From: Azolla caroliniana
Taxonomy: Eukaryota; Plantae; Polypodiophyta
Assembly (NCBI GenBank): GCA_043228905.1
Contig: JBHGNT010000008.1
Location: 13,826,001-13,890,000 of the forward strand
Direction: 5' to 3'
Length of the DNA: 64,000 nucleotides
Each line of letters starts with the position of its first letter. The first letter of the stretch is position 1. Position numbers and translations under genes: made by a program. Shown here one piece after another: positions 50,101-61,529 of this stretch. The notes beneath the pieces are model-generated. The model was given only the letters and a program-made list of their open reading frames with translations. It was not told where the DNA came from and searched no databases.

Positions 50101-52785
50101 CGCAGACTCGTCAAACACAACGTCACGGCTAACACGTGCTTGTTTGGTGCGAGGGTTATAGCACTTATAACCCTTCTGCTCGTCTGAGTAACCGACCAAG
50201 ATGCATTTCTCGGCCTTTGCGTCCAGCTTCCTCCTTTTCTCCTTCGGTACATGCACATACGCAATGCTACCGAACACCCTCAAGTGTCGCAAGTTCGGCT
50301 TCGTTCCGAAATATAGCTCGTGCGCCAACACTTTGTCTTCGATCTGGTTCTGGATGTATACTGCGGTCCTTACCGCCTCGGCCCAATAGAACTTGGGTAA
50401 GCTCTTCTCCTCCAGCATTGCTCGTGCCGCTTCCACAACTGACTGATTCTTCCTCTCGGCCACGCCGTTCTGCTCCGGCGTGTATCTACAACTGAATTCG
50501 CGCCGAATTCCCATTTGTTGTAGGTAACCGTTGAATTGACCAGAAAAGTACTCTTTCCCGCCATCCGACCGTAGGCACTTGATCTTTCGTCCCGTTTTCG
50601 TTTCCACGAACCCTTTGAGGTCCCGGAAACAGTCGAAGACTTCACTCTTCCTTTCAATGAGGTAGATCCACGTGTGCCGCGTGTGGTCGTCAATGAAGGA
50701 GACGAAATATCGGCTCTCGCCAAGACTAACGTTTTGTGACGGCCCCCATACATCGGAGTGTATAAGCTCGAGCTTGTTCCGGCACCGGTTTTGCTTGTTG
50801 CGGAAAGAAAGTCGGTGTTGCTTCCCGAGCTGGCAGGATTCACAAATTTGTGCCTTTCGGCCACTAAATTCGGGCAATCCGAACACTACCTGTTTCGATT
50901 GCAGGTCTTGAAGCCGCTGGTAGTTGACGTGGCCTATCCGCTTGTGCCACAAGTCGATGTCCGACTCGGATTTTTGTCCCTTCGCGAACTTTGCGGTGCC
51001 GCCGTCAGTGGAATCGAGGATGAACATCCTCCCGTCTCTGCGCCCTTGCGCAATCACACGGCCTTCTTCCTCAATGAAGCACCCGAGGTGTGTAAACCGA
51101 ACCTCCATCCCTTGGTCGACGATCTGTCCGACTGAGACCAAGTTCTTCGTGATTGTCGGAACGTGTAGTACGTTCATGAGTTTCCCTTTCTGCCCGACAT
51201 GCCTAAGGGGAACTTCTCCGACATTCGCAATCGGATGCGGAGTGTCGTCTCCAGTTGCGACTACTCCGGGTTGTATCGGTTTTTCAAGGTACGAGAACCA
51301 CTCCTTATGGCTCGTCATGTGGTTTGACGCGCTGGAGTCTACGTACCACACCTCGTCCGATCTCGGGGTGGTCCGTTTCATTGAGTTTGCTTTGTGTCTC
51401 ATCACGAAGGTAGACCCTTCTCCGGCTCTCCCGGAGTCTTCGGTGTAGTGCGATTGCTGCCAATTTCCCTTGTCAGTATGTCCGGAGCCATTTCCGGGAC
51501 CGGTTCTCTCCGAATCGGTGCGCTTCTTCCAGCACTCACTTTCCTTGTGGCCTTTCTTGCCACAGTACCAGCACTCCGCGATGGCCTTCCCTTGCCGGTT
51601 CTCATCGCTTTGACTCCCCCTGTTTCCGGAGGGTTCGGAGTTGCTGTCGGCATCACTTCGGTGCCTTCTTTCATTGTGCGCCTACTCGCATCATCCTCCA
51701 CGTCCATGGGGCCTATCTCCCTTCGTGTACAGCATTTTGTTGTCGGTGTGCGTGCTTGTAGACGCACCCGCGTGGTTCTCCTCTACCAGGAGCATTGATT
51801 GTAAGTCGAAAAAGGACAACGTATTCTCCCGGGTACACACAGCCGTTCGGAACGCTCCGAACTTCGACGCCAAACCTCCAAGACAGATCTGGACCATCTC
51901 GCTCTCCTCGATGTTCACCTCTATGGAGGCGAGGGAGTCGCAGATATCCTTGATCTTCGAGGTATAGTCCGCCACCGACAAGTCGCGTTGTCTTCAGATT
52001 TTCCCATGCACCCTTCGGCGTCTTTGCATCTTGAACATAGCTCAATAGCTGTTCACCCACACACGACGCGAAGCAGTATAATACCCTGCTCGCCGATTGC
52101 TCCCACGACGGGAAGTCTCTGTGTGTCGATTCGGGTGCCGCATCATTAGCTCCTTCGACATAACTCCAGTAGTCGTGCCCGAGCAGGTACTGGTGTATCT
52201 TGTAGGACCAAGACGCGTAGTTGGTTCTGTCGAGCTTCTCTGTTAGAAGCGAGCTCGCCATGCCTCTATCCATCGTTCTTCTTGTTCTTCTTCGTCAAGC
52301 TGTGTCAGCTGCAGAGAGGTTCTCAACCCTCGCGCTCTGATACCATGTAAAAAGTAACGTGCGGAAGCAAGTATGAAGACCGAACAGAAGGAAGAAAACT
52401 CAGGTTTAATGGAGAGCTTGAGCTCACACAGTATACGCGGGAGAGATAGAGAGAGTGAGAGAGGAAAACACAAGAGGTATATTCAAAAAATACTCAATCT
52501 CTACTCACCACACTCTATACATATCTGTGTTCAATGAACACTTTTATACAAGTCCTAGAAGGACTGACCGAAGTACTGACAGTACTTCAATGCTCATTAA
52601 GAGCTCCTACACTAACTCCCAAATATATTCCTCACGGAATATCTTTCCTAACGGCCTCCCGGTTTACGCACCGATTCGGCCCTAGGTACGCACCAGTCTG
52701 CGTACCGGTTTACGCATTCGGCCTAACCGATCCGGTCCTCAGCTTCTTCAGCCGATCCGGCCGATGTTGAGCTTGTCTCTCAACA
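47116..52785 (-). mobile_element. Element H: Ty1/Copia related to F, full-length, comparatively young
   Basis: LTRs 47116..47543 and 52346..52785 are highly similar. PBS TGGTATCAGAGCGC 52345-52332; PPT 47544-47553; TSD AAATT/AAAAT. Confidence 0.97.
47538..52273 (-). pseudogene. gag-PR-INT-RT-RH polyprotein of element H (few stops and frameshifts)
   Basis: 'EKLDRTNYASW', 'WYVDSSASNHM', 'LWHKRIGH', 'SDGGKEY', 'QMDVKNAFL', 'LYVDD', 'SSTEAEY'. Confidence 0.96.
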
Positions 52786-53985
52786 AAAATGCATTTTACT
52801 ACATACAAAATGGACAACTACATATCATGTTATGTGAACATGAAGTTTGAGAAGATAGGGAAAATAGAATTATGATTTATCCCACATAGATAGGAAATTT
52901 AAGGTCATGGCTATATAACCACATTGAGATCCCTTATTTTTCATTTGTGCTAAGAGCACTTTGGCCAATTTGTTTAGATGGATGAACGTGGCCAAGTTCC
53001 CAAAAATAGACTGGCAATAAAATGGAACCGACCAGAAAGCAAACCGGAACTGGCCGATAAGCAAATTGGAACCGGTCGGTAAGCAAACTGGAAAGCAAAC
53101 TGGAACAGGTTGGTAAGCAAACCGAAATTGGCTGGTAAGCAAACTGGAACTGGCTGGTAAGTCGGAAACCAAATTGTAACCAGTTGGTAAGCAAAGCGGA
53201 AAGCAAACCGGAACTGGCAATCGGATGTAGTCAGAAACCGGGCGGATTCGGCAACCGGCGACCGAGCGAAGTCGGCAATCGGGTGGAATCGGAGATCGGA
53301 CAGATTGGATGGGCGGCGATCGAGATGGACAGATGATTGGATCATGCGGCAAATTAAAGTAAAGTAAAGAAAACTAAAGTAAAGGCCATGTGGACAATTG
53401 CATGCAACTAAAAGAAAAAGCCATGCAACTAAAAGTAGAGGCCATGCAACTAAAAGTGGGCATGCAAAGTAACATTGACGGCTATGATCAATGGAGAACT
53501 CTATATATATTCCATTTTTTTTCCTACACTGATTCTCTCTCCAATTTTATTTTCTTCTCCTTCTTAGCTCCCTTATCTTATTGAAGCCATAACACTCAAA
53601 AACCCTAAATTTCCCTACAGAAGCCATAACACTCAAAAATCCTAATTTTCCCTACGGAAGCCATAACACTCAAAAACCCTACTTTCCCTACGGAAACCAT
53701 ATCTCTCAAAACCCCTAATTTTTCTTTTCTATTAACTTAGTAAACCTAAACTTCTTAATCCCAATCTTGGGACATATTGTAATTTCTTTTCCTTTGTTAA
53801 TGAAAATTATTAAATTTCTTATTTCCGTTAATTGTTAAAAATATAAAAGCACGAATGTGATATACTCTAGTGGAAGGCCTCGGGGTCCTACCTCAAGTTC
53901 ACATATCCTCGTCGTATTTTCGCGACACCGCCAAAATTTGCTCAAGATTACTAGATGATTCTGATATGATAGTGTATTGAGAAGG

Positions 53986-53996
53986 AAAGAGATCAA
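53986..53996 (-). promoter_or_regulatory. Self-priming PBS of element G
   Basis: On -, TTGATCTCTTT lies 2 nt after the LTR end. It is complementary (one G:U) to AAGGAGATCAA at 54114-54104, about 30 nt downstream of TATAAAAA (54146-54139). No TGG-starting tRNA PBS. Confidence 0.75.
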
Positions 53997-56256
53997 TCTG
54001 TCACAAATGAACAATTAGAAGAAAAGGAGATGGGTAAGTTGATGAGATAGAGAGATGGAGAAGTTGATGACAATGAGTAAGAATATCTATTGCATGATTG
54101 GTGTTGATCTCCTTGATGTTAACAACGGAGATCAACCGTTTTTATACATATAGTGATGCAAGATAAGCATGCTCATGCCAAGTCATACATACTATAATAG
54201 CAACCATACTGATTCTTGCATGTCATGTCTTACATACTGAGTCTTACATACTTAGTCTTACATACCACTCTTTATAGAAAGGTTTAAAGTCTAAACTGTT
54301 TTTCTAGGAGAAATATATATATAAGGACCTAAGGCTCAAATTCGACTCGATGTTCATGACAGTCAACGCCAAAGTGACTTTGCTTTCCATTGGAGCAGTC
54401 AATGTTGCTTTCTCTAAACTAGTCTTTGTTGCCTCCAATGTCTCAAAGGCTTCATGGACAGTTTTCAACATATCGCTAATTAATGTCTCACTTGTGTCAT
54501 CGACATTGGATTTCATTGTGTTTCGGTGGGGTGTATACTTGTGGGTTTGATGGGAGTCGGCAGTTGCATCTTCAGCTACCATGCTCCAGAATCTTGCCAT
54601 CTCTTGTTGCAAGCTCCCCATCTTCCGACATCGTTGTACTGACGCCTCAGCTGGAATAGCCCAAGCTACCCTGTACATCTCAGGGTCTGGTGCTTCCTTC
54701 GTTATTTTGCAATACTCGTATGGAAAAGCTCTATCCAATGCAATGGACAACTCGTTGCTGATTGAGATCTCTTGATGTACTTTCTGGTGGAGCCTCATGT
54801 AGTCGTCATACAGCTCCAGTCGTACATGCTTCAGTTTCACCTTGCCCTTCACTCTAGGCACTTTATAAACTAACAACCAGTCTACATCAGTAATCAATTT
54901 ATTTGTTAGAACAGGGCCAATACCCTCTAGTGACAAACTATATATGTTGTTAAAGTCCTCCTTTGTCTCACATAACTTTGCAAAGTTCAACACTCTAGGA
55001 TATGGAGGAATGAGCCACCTGAAAAACAAATTCAATACATGTTACCTCTACTTTGTTGGGACATGTGTATTTAGAATCATAATTGGTAGGGACGAATACA
55101 AAATAAAAAATTAGGCACATGCCTCAAAATCCTAAATCAAGTTTGGGAGAAGTTTGTAGTCTTGAAATCATAAATGTGAATTGATGCAAAATTTCAACCC
55201 TAAATCTGAAATTTTCAACCGTAATCAGAAATCAATTGCTTAAAGAAATCAGAAACCCTAATAGAAATCAACCGCTTAAAGAAATCAGAAAGACTAATTT
55301 GAAATATGTATGAAATCAACCTTTAATTAGAATTTTTGTCAATCAGAAACACACTTGCTGCTACACTCCGATCTTCGAGACATCCTTGTATGGGACTCCA
55401 ACGACTTCACCCTAATCGTTTTTTATAAAAAGATGATCAAGCAAGACAGTTATAGAAATAAAAAAGGAAAAAGAAAAATAATTTTTAATGCCTGTAATGT
55501 GTAACTGATACATACCTAGACGAGGATCGAAATGGTGATGTGTTGGTGCTTTGAAGGTGCACCAACACATCAGAGTACTCCATCTGTTTGGGAGCTTCGT
55601 CTGCATTTGTGCTTAGAGTACTCCATCTGTTTGGATTTTGAACTCAAACTCAGGATTATTAGGAATTTGTTGACATTCAAGTCGAGTTTAGATGAGGGAA
55701 TTGTTCCCCAAGTTCCACTATATTAGAAACCAAAGTTCAAAATTTTGAGTATTCCCATAAATTACCTATTCACCATAATAAATGACATGTAATAAAGCAA
55801 ACTTTTGAGTAATAAAGCAAAAAAAATTCATAAATGATCCTTATGATTTCCCCACGAAAAATTAGTTAAACAAATAGCTAAATAGCTATGACCATTTTAG
55901 TAGCAATTAGCTGTAATAGTGTTTCCATTCCCATGCTTTTACCCATAAAACTTATTCTTGTTACATTCATTCCCCATAAGGGGGTTAAAAGTTACAAGAG
56001 GGGTAGATACATCAGGGTGCAAATCCCCTTGGCCATTCACACTAATCACTCACTCACACATCTTCTTATCTATCCACTCATACTTACATTCACACTCATA
56101 ATAGTATACATTACACATACATACAACAACATTAAGTTCCTTCACCCTCACTCATTACACTCATCTCTACGTACATCTCGTATGGTAATAGCGGGATCAG
56201 TCTTTTCCAAGAGTGCTTCGTCGGGTCACAAAAGAAACAATCCAGATACAAAATCA

Positions 56257-58130
56257 ATGCCACTCAGACGAAGGAAGCAATCTTACTAGTCTGATTGATG
56301 CTGAATCAGTATTGCAAACTTTAGGAATAAGAGCCGATGATTCGGAGAACTTTTCGGAATTCGAGTCAGGATCGGACAACGAGCGAAGCATCTGGTCTAA
56401 TTATAGATTGAATCACGATACTCTAGAAGAGCGAGAGGAAGATAGTTCCGAGCAAACACCAACACCAAAGTTGGACACTACGATACTGTCTGCACATTTC
56501 TAACAACGTGGGAGGTTTACCATGTTTCCCAACGGCTAACAGAAGCAAAAGTAGAGAGATCAAAAATTGAAGAGTTTGGGTTATCGCTAGAATGAACAAC
56601 TTGGAGATGGCATGCAGATCATAACCCAGGGGGTTTCGCAACATTCCAAGACCTGCGGGATAAGTTGTTGTTGTTGTTCCATTGACAAGGGGCACAAAGA
56701 GAATTAGTTGGAAGATTTTACACCGCCTACCCAACAAGCACATGAAACAATACCACAGTTTATTATCCGATTTCAGAATCTTCACAGCCAATTGACGCGA
56801 GCGCCTTCGGAAGATGATGTCAAAGCAGTATTTGTGGCGGCTCTACGTGAACCACTCTAGACCATGTTGGCAGTTTTGGATTTTCGAACAAGTACAATAG
56901 ATCAGGTAATCGACTAGGTGCTCGACATGGATCGGGCCCAGAATGGTAATCGCATGTCGATGGGAGCCTTACAACGTGCACTCCCAAAGGAGGAGAACCT
57001 TCGGTTCCGTCAGGCAGTCCAATGTACAATGTGCCTAAACCCTGGCCATTCCACCCTGGAATGCACCATGCGGATACAATGTTTGTTGTGCCACTCAAGG
57101 GCACATACTATGGACTAGTGTGAATATACCCTACTGAATCGGCAAGTAGTGCTAGTAAGGCAGATAAAGCCCCCAGAAGAATGAAGGCTAGAAGATGCTT
57201 GTTTCTGAAGAGAGGACCAATACAGATTGGAGGGATGATACTGTCATGATATGGCAAGACTCGAACCCATGACCTTAGGTTATATGGGTCAAGCTCTTGA
57301 CCATTATATCATCTATTGTAATACGTAGGATGTTATTTTCATACATTTTATTATAAGAAATTAATGTATATTCCAGATTTCTATGGAACATTCTAGAAGC
57401 TTCAGGATTACTCCTGAGAACACTATAAAAGAGGGCACTAGGCATTATGTTGAACCAAATTCGTTCAACGCCAGTCTTTAGCCTCATAACCCTTTTGTAC
57501 TTACTCTTCTTATAATATATAATCTGTTATCATCATCTCTCTCTCTCTCTCGTCCTCGCTATCTCTCTCTCCTCTTCTCTCTTCCTCTCTGGGGAGTCTT
57601 ACGCAGTCCCGTCCTCTTAGTACTAATAGCACTTCCCTTCTCTAGTACTAATTCTCTCTCTGTGTAGTACTAATCCTCTCTCTGTTTAGTACTATTCTTG
57701 ATAGATACTAGTAGGATGGCCGAAGGAGGGACCAGTACTCCGGGGACCAATACGATGGAAACTACACTCTAGAATATGACCAGAGAAGAGGAGCGAAATG
57801 AAGGTACCCAGACAAGCAGGGGTACCATAACCAGCGCCACAATCAAAACCACCGACGTGGGAATTACAATTGGAGAAATGAGTGCCAACACATGGAACAA
57901 GAGTACCGCCAAGGGCCTGACACAAGTGAAGCAGTCAGAGTCACAAGTGAAGCAGCCAAAGCTAGAGATGCAACAATAGACTGCGAGTGAAGGAGAGAGG
58001 CTAGAACCACTACACCAAAGCATCCTAAACATACTTGACGAGGAGTAAATGCATGGGTTCGACGTGCAATGCGTTGTCCCACGGGCATGCCATGTGTTGG
58101 CCAAAGAAGAGTATGATCCAGAGGAGGAGG
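56257..58130 (+). pseudogene. Element K: decayed Gypsy-type gag with two zinc knuckles, split by a solo C LTR
   Basis: Manual reading: 'EFGLSLE..WRWH...TFQDLRDKLL..F...ETIPQFIIRF...FVAALREPL', then 'CTMCLNPGHSTLEC' and 'CLLCHSRAHTMD*C'. Possible decayed PBS TGGTAATAGCGG at 56183. Confidence 0.75.
57242..57703 (+). mobile_element. Solo LTR, C family
   Basis: Reverse complement of 8547..8975 + 19477..19509, with perfect TSD GATAC (57237-57241, 57704-57708). Confidence 0.93.
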
Positions 58131-58412
58131 TGTAAACCGGAAAGGTATAAAGCCAAAGGATAATATAATATTATAGATAATTTAGATTAAGGAATTGATG
58201 GATCCAGATCGTTTTAACGATCCGGATCCGCACCGTTCTATAATCGGGTAGCCAGATGACACACCCTTTTGTAACCTTACCAGATGCCTATATAAAGATC
58301 CCAAATTGATGTATACTTTGCGGAAGTAATGAGATGAATATAGTTGATTTTTTATTTTGGTGGTTATCTTGTGTACTTGTTGCTTGTGCTATATATATAT
58401 TATGACCTTACA
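58131..58412 (+). repeat. Probable short LTR
   Basis: TGTAA...TTACA termini, internal CTATATAAA and a purine run before it. No matching TSD and no second copy. Confidence 0.5.
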
Positions 58413-58574
58413 CATGTAATTGGTTGTCGGATATGGTATATGTATTCCAGAATTGTAATCAGATAGTTATATTTATGAGTGATGCATAATAAGTCATCTC
58501 TTTGACCACCCCTTTGGATAAGTATTCCGGGAAGGGATACCTTGTGTTTGTGGCTAAGTCCAACCCATGAGTAA

Positions 58575-59420
58575 AACACCAAAGGAGGCTTGGGATAATT
58601 TGCAAAAAAAAATTGCCGCAAGCACTACGATCAGAAAATTGAAGCTCAAACATGAGTTGAACAATGTCTAACAAAGAGATATGCCGGTGGCCAATTATAC
58701 CTCCAAGATAAACGATATCTGTGACACATTGGGCTCCATCGATGTGATGTTTGATGAAGAAAAAGGGGTCTAGATTTACCTGGGAGGTTTGGCACAAAGG
58801 TTCACATGTCTAAAGTCGGCAAGGGAAGCCCACCGACAAGGAGAGCAAGTGTTGGAGAAAGATGGATGATTCGGACAAAGCTGAATCAAGCAGATCTGAA
58901 ACAAGAAATCAATAGAGATTGCACTACGTCGAGAATTCAGGGCATGCTAGAAATGGCCCTGCATCTGTGATGAAGCACAAAGCCAATCGGATGGGAGTGG
59001 GCACCTCGAAACTAGAAGAGGTGTGGTACGTTGATTCTGGCACGTCCAATCATATGAAGAACCATGAAGAATGGTTCTCCAATCTTGAGAAGCCGAAGCA
59101 TCCTGGAGTTGTCGAGACTAGTGATGACACTGTACACCCAATCCAGCACATTGGTGATGTCCCTCTGAGGCATGTTGGCCAAAGAGGGATAATGAGAAAT
59201 TTCCTGCATCTGCCGATAAACACCAAGAATTTGGTGTTGGTTGAGCAGATAGTCGACCAGGGCATATAGGTGTGTTTTAATCACCACGACTGCGATGAAA
59301 GTGGAATTATTGCATGGGGGTGCAGTGAATGATGTCAGAGCCACAATGCTTGCAAATGGACAAAAGGTCGAGTTGTACATTGACCTCTAGCATAAGTGGA
59401 TTGGCCATGTCAACTTCCCA
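58575..59420 (+). pseudogene. Old F/H-family Copia gag-PR remnant
   Basis: 'TPKEAWDNL', 'NYTSKINDICDTLGSI', 'VWYVDSGTSNHM', 'KNLVLVEQIVDQG'. Confidence 0.88.
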
Positions 59421-61177
59421 AGTGAAAAGATTACGTGCGAAACCTAAAACAGAACACTACCGGATCAGTCAGCCAGCAACAGAGAAAAAGTGGAGATACA
59501 TAGAATGTGGTAGAGATAGAAAGAGCAAAAGACTGAAGAAACTCTATTCAAAATAATATTGTCTATACATACAAATGTGCTTAGAGAGCACTTTTATACA
59601 AGCCTTGACAGTGAACTGACACAACTACTGTCAGTACTTTAATGCTCACATAAGAGCGTCTAACACTAACTCCTAAAGTTATAACTACATATTAAACTAG
59701 GAGCATAGGCCTCTAATGGCCTGCCAACTCCCCACTGATCTGGCTCATCGATCTGGCTTACCACCGATCCGGCTCCCGGCTTATTCAGCTAATCTAGCCC
59801 ATGTTGAGCTTGTTTCTTAACACTCCCCCTCAAGATCAACTTAAGGTTCCTCCTGCTCTGTCGATTCTCTCTTTTAGCTCTTCCTGGCGTCTTCAAGCCT
59901 TGCCCACGCTTCTTGTGTAGTCCAGTCCTGCATTCCACGACCCCTTCAATTCAACACTTCTTGACCCAGCCGGTTCCACTCTCCCCGATCCCTACAGTTG
60001 GCATGTCTGCTTGTTAGGCTCTTCTTAGCTCCCTCCCTATGATGGCTTTGGCACTCGTCGACCTGTTTACTCCTTCGTTTCGGTGTCATCTTCGGCTACC
60101 CTTTCGTGTGCTTGTCCTTCATATGATTCGGCTCTCCCAAATCAAACTTCACGACCAAATCAGTTGCCTCTGATTCATCTTCGGTCTTTCCTTTGACCAC
60201 ATCAACTCATGTCCTGGTCTCGGCCTTCTTCTTTCTGTGAACATTGTCCTTCTTGACTCTACTGCCTCCATCAACTCTTTTGGATGTCTTGACTTCTTTA
60301 GTCGATTCGGCATCTTCTTCAACTTTCTCCATACCTTCAGCTTTAACCAAACGATTACTTTTGATCTCCTCTCCAATTGTTTCACTTATTGTTCGCCCCA
60401 TCAAGTGTGGCACATCAAGATGTTGTAGCTCAAGCATCTTTGAGAAGTTCTACAACTTTTCCAATCCAAGCGCCTTGGTGAAAATGTCGGCAACCTGCTA
60501 ATCGGTGCGGACATACCTGAGTTTGACATCATCGCTCATGACCAACTCATGCACAAAGTGACAATTCAGTTCTATGTGCTTTGTACGAGCATGGAAAAAC
60601 TGGTTCTTGGCCAACTACATGCTACTGATGTTGTCACAATAGATCGGAATCAGAGTGGGAACTTCGACTTGTAGATCCTGCAGTAGTCGCTTGAGCCATA
60701 TAGCCTCACATGTTGCGACAGTGGCTCCTTTATACTCAACGTTGGTGCTTTGATCAGTCCGACTGGATAACTGAGATCCGGCCGGGTGATAGTCAAGTAT
60801 ATCAAGCTTTTCCTACTATCTATTAGAACTGTGTCAGGTTGCATGTCGTTCCGGATTTGGGGCGGATCTTGACATTCATGTCAAGAGGAGTTGCAATGGA
60901 TTTACAATCCTTCATGTCGAATTTGAAGAGCATACTCAAAAGATAGTGTTGTTCACTTATTAGTATGCCCTCTCAGGTGCGGATCACTTTTATCCCAAGG
61001 AAGTAGTGAAGGTCCCCCAAATCCTTCATCTCAAATGCACTTGACAATTGGGACTTGCCTTAGTTGATTTTAGCAAGGTCGGGGCCAATGATGACAAGGT
61101 CGTCCATGTACAAGAATATGCACACCGAACCATTTGGACCTTTCTACATGAACAAGGAAGAGTCGGATTTTGAGACC
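59421..61177 (-). mobile_element. 3' fragment of an F/H-family Copia (3' LTR 59421..59822, RH and partial RT)
   Basis: The LTR resembles the H LTR and is followed by CTCCCCCTCAAG (PPT complement). 'SLIYLTITRPDLSYPVG' and 'SKSDSSLF' on -. Cut by element J. Confidence 0.88.
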
Positions 61178-61493
61178 TGTAAAGAGTTTCGTAGGTGGAA
61201 GCTTGTAAACAACATAGTCATCTCAACCATAGTTAGGTAAAACACAGAGAAAAGTAGAAAATATAGTAAACGAGAGTGAGTGAGTGAGAGAGAGAGAGAG
61301 AGAGAGAGCAAAAGAGAAAAAACTGAAATTCAAAATAATATGCTTTGTGTACATACTGTGGGATATGTTACTCTTTATGTACGTGGAAGTATGTGAGGAC
61401 CTGTCAGTTATGCACAACAGACAACATAGATAGTATGACAGAGAAAAGGTAGATAGACTAGCTATAAGCTTTAATGGAAGCTTTCGTTATTTC

Positions 61494-61529
<36 letters not shown>

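Larger units (their letters stand above)
46999..53927 (+). mobile_element. Solo LTR, E family (46999..47115 + 52791..53927), split by element H
   Basis: TGTCGTGTGAATC...TTTTCGCGACA with perfect 4-bp TSD CCGC. Removing it restores the G gag frame 'EQILAVLQL'. Confidence 0.94.
42049..54361 (-). mobile_element. Element G: Tcn1-like chromovirus, full-length decayed, gag interrupted by a solo E LTR that itself carries element H
   Basis: 5' LTR 53999..54361; 3' LTR 42049..42370 (inner ~25 bp and PPT deleted); TSD GTCAC/GTCAA. Chromodomain 'YEFETILDS...YLVLWKGYPISEATWE', INT, RH 'VETDASDF', RT 'YLDD', PR 'LLDSGA', gag remnants 46200-47000. Confidence 0.94.
38338..55383 (-). pseudogene. Multi-exon accessory gene: unknown N-terminal domain, RING-H2-like finger, acidic/low-complexity linker, FCP1/NIF (HAD)-like domain; split by element G
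   Basis: Predicted exons: 55383-55355; 55018-54362 + 42043-42022 ('KVTLALT|TIRNKIQ' rejoined across G); ~41911-41797; ~41710-41374 ('CIAC...PCQHTCHIAC...C'); 40095-~39503; ~39340-38338 ('RRALILELDKVL', 'FDLFIWS', 'KRLSDFW', 'YNADNTLIVDT', 'CLIVP'). GT-AG junctions 55354/55019 and 41373/40096 keep the frame. Confidence 0.68.
32984..55921. mobile_element. Large DNA-transposon relic with two convergent genes; left end not found
   Basis: Transposase-like pseudogene (+) and accessory pseudogene (-) share the same intronic TAGCTA arrays. The candidate right terminus ...AATTAGCTGTAATAGTG (55921) carries the same motif. Confidence 0.6.

Noticed and set aside
54304-55035. 243-aa ORF as a stand-alone host gene
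   Set aside because: Its C-terminus runs into the G LTR and its start is intronic, so it is an exon of the interrupted accessory gene.
57255-57318. Functional tRNA gene
   Set aside because: Acceptor and anticodon stems do not pair and it is an integral part of an LTR. Kept only as a tRNA-like promoter finding.
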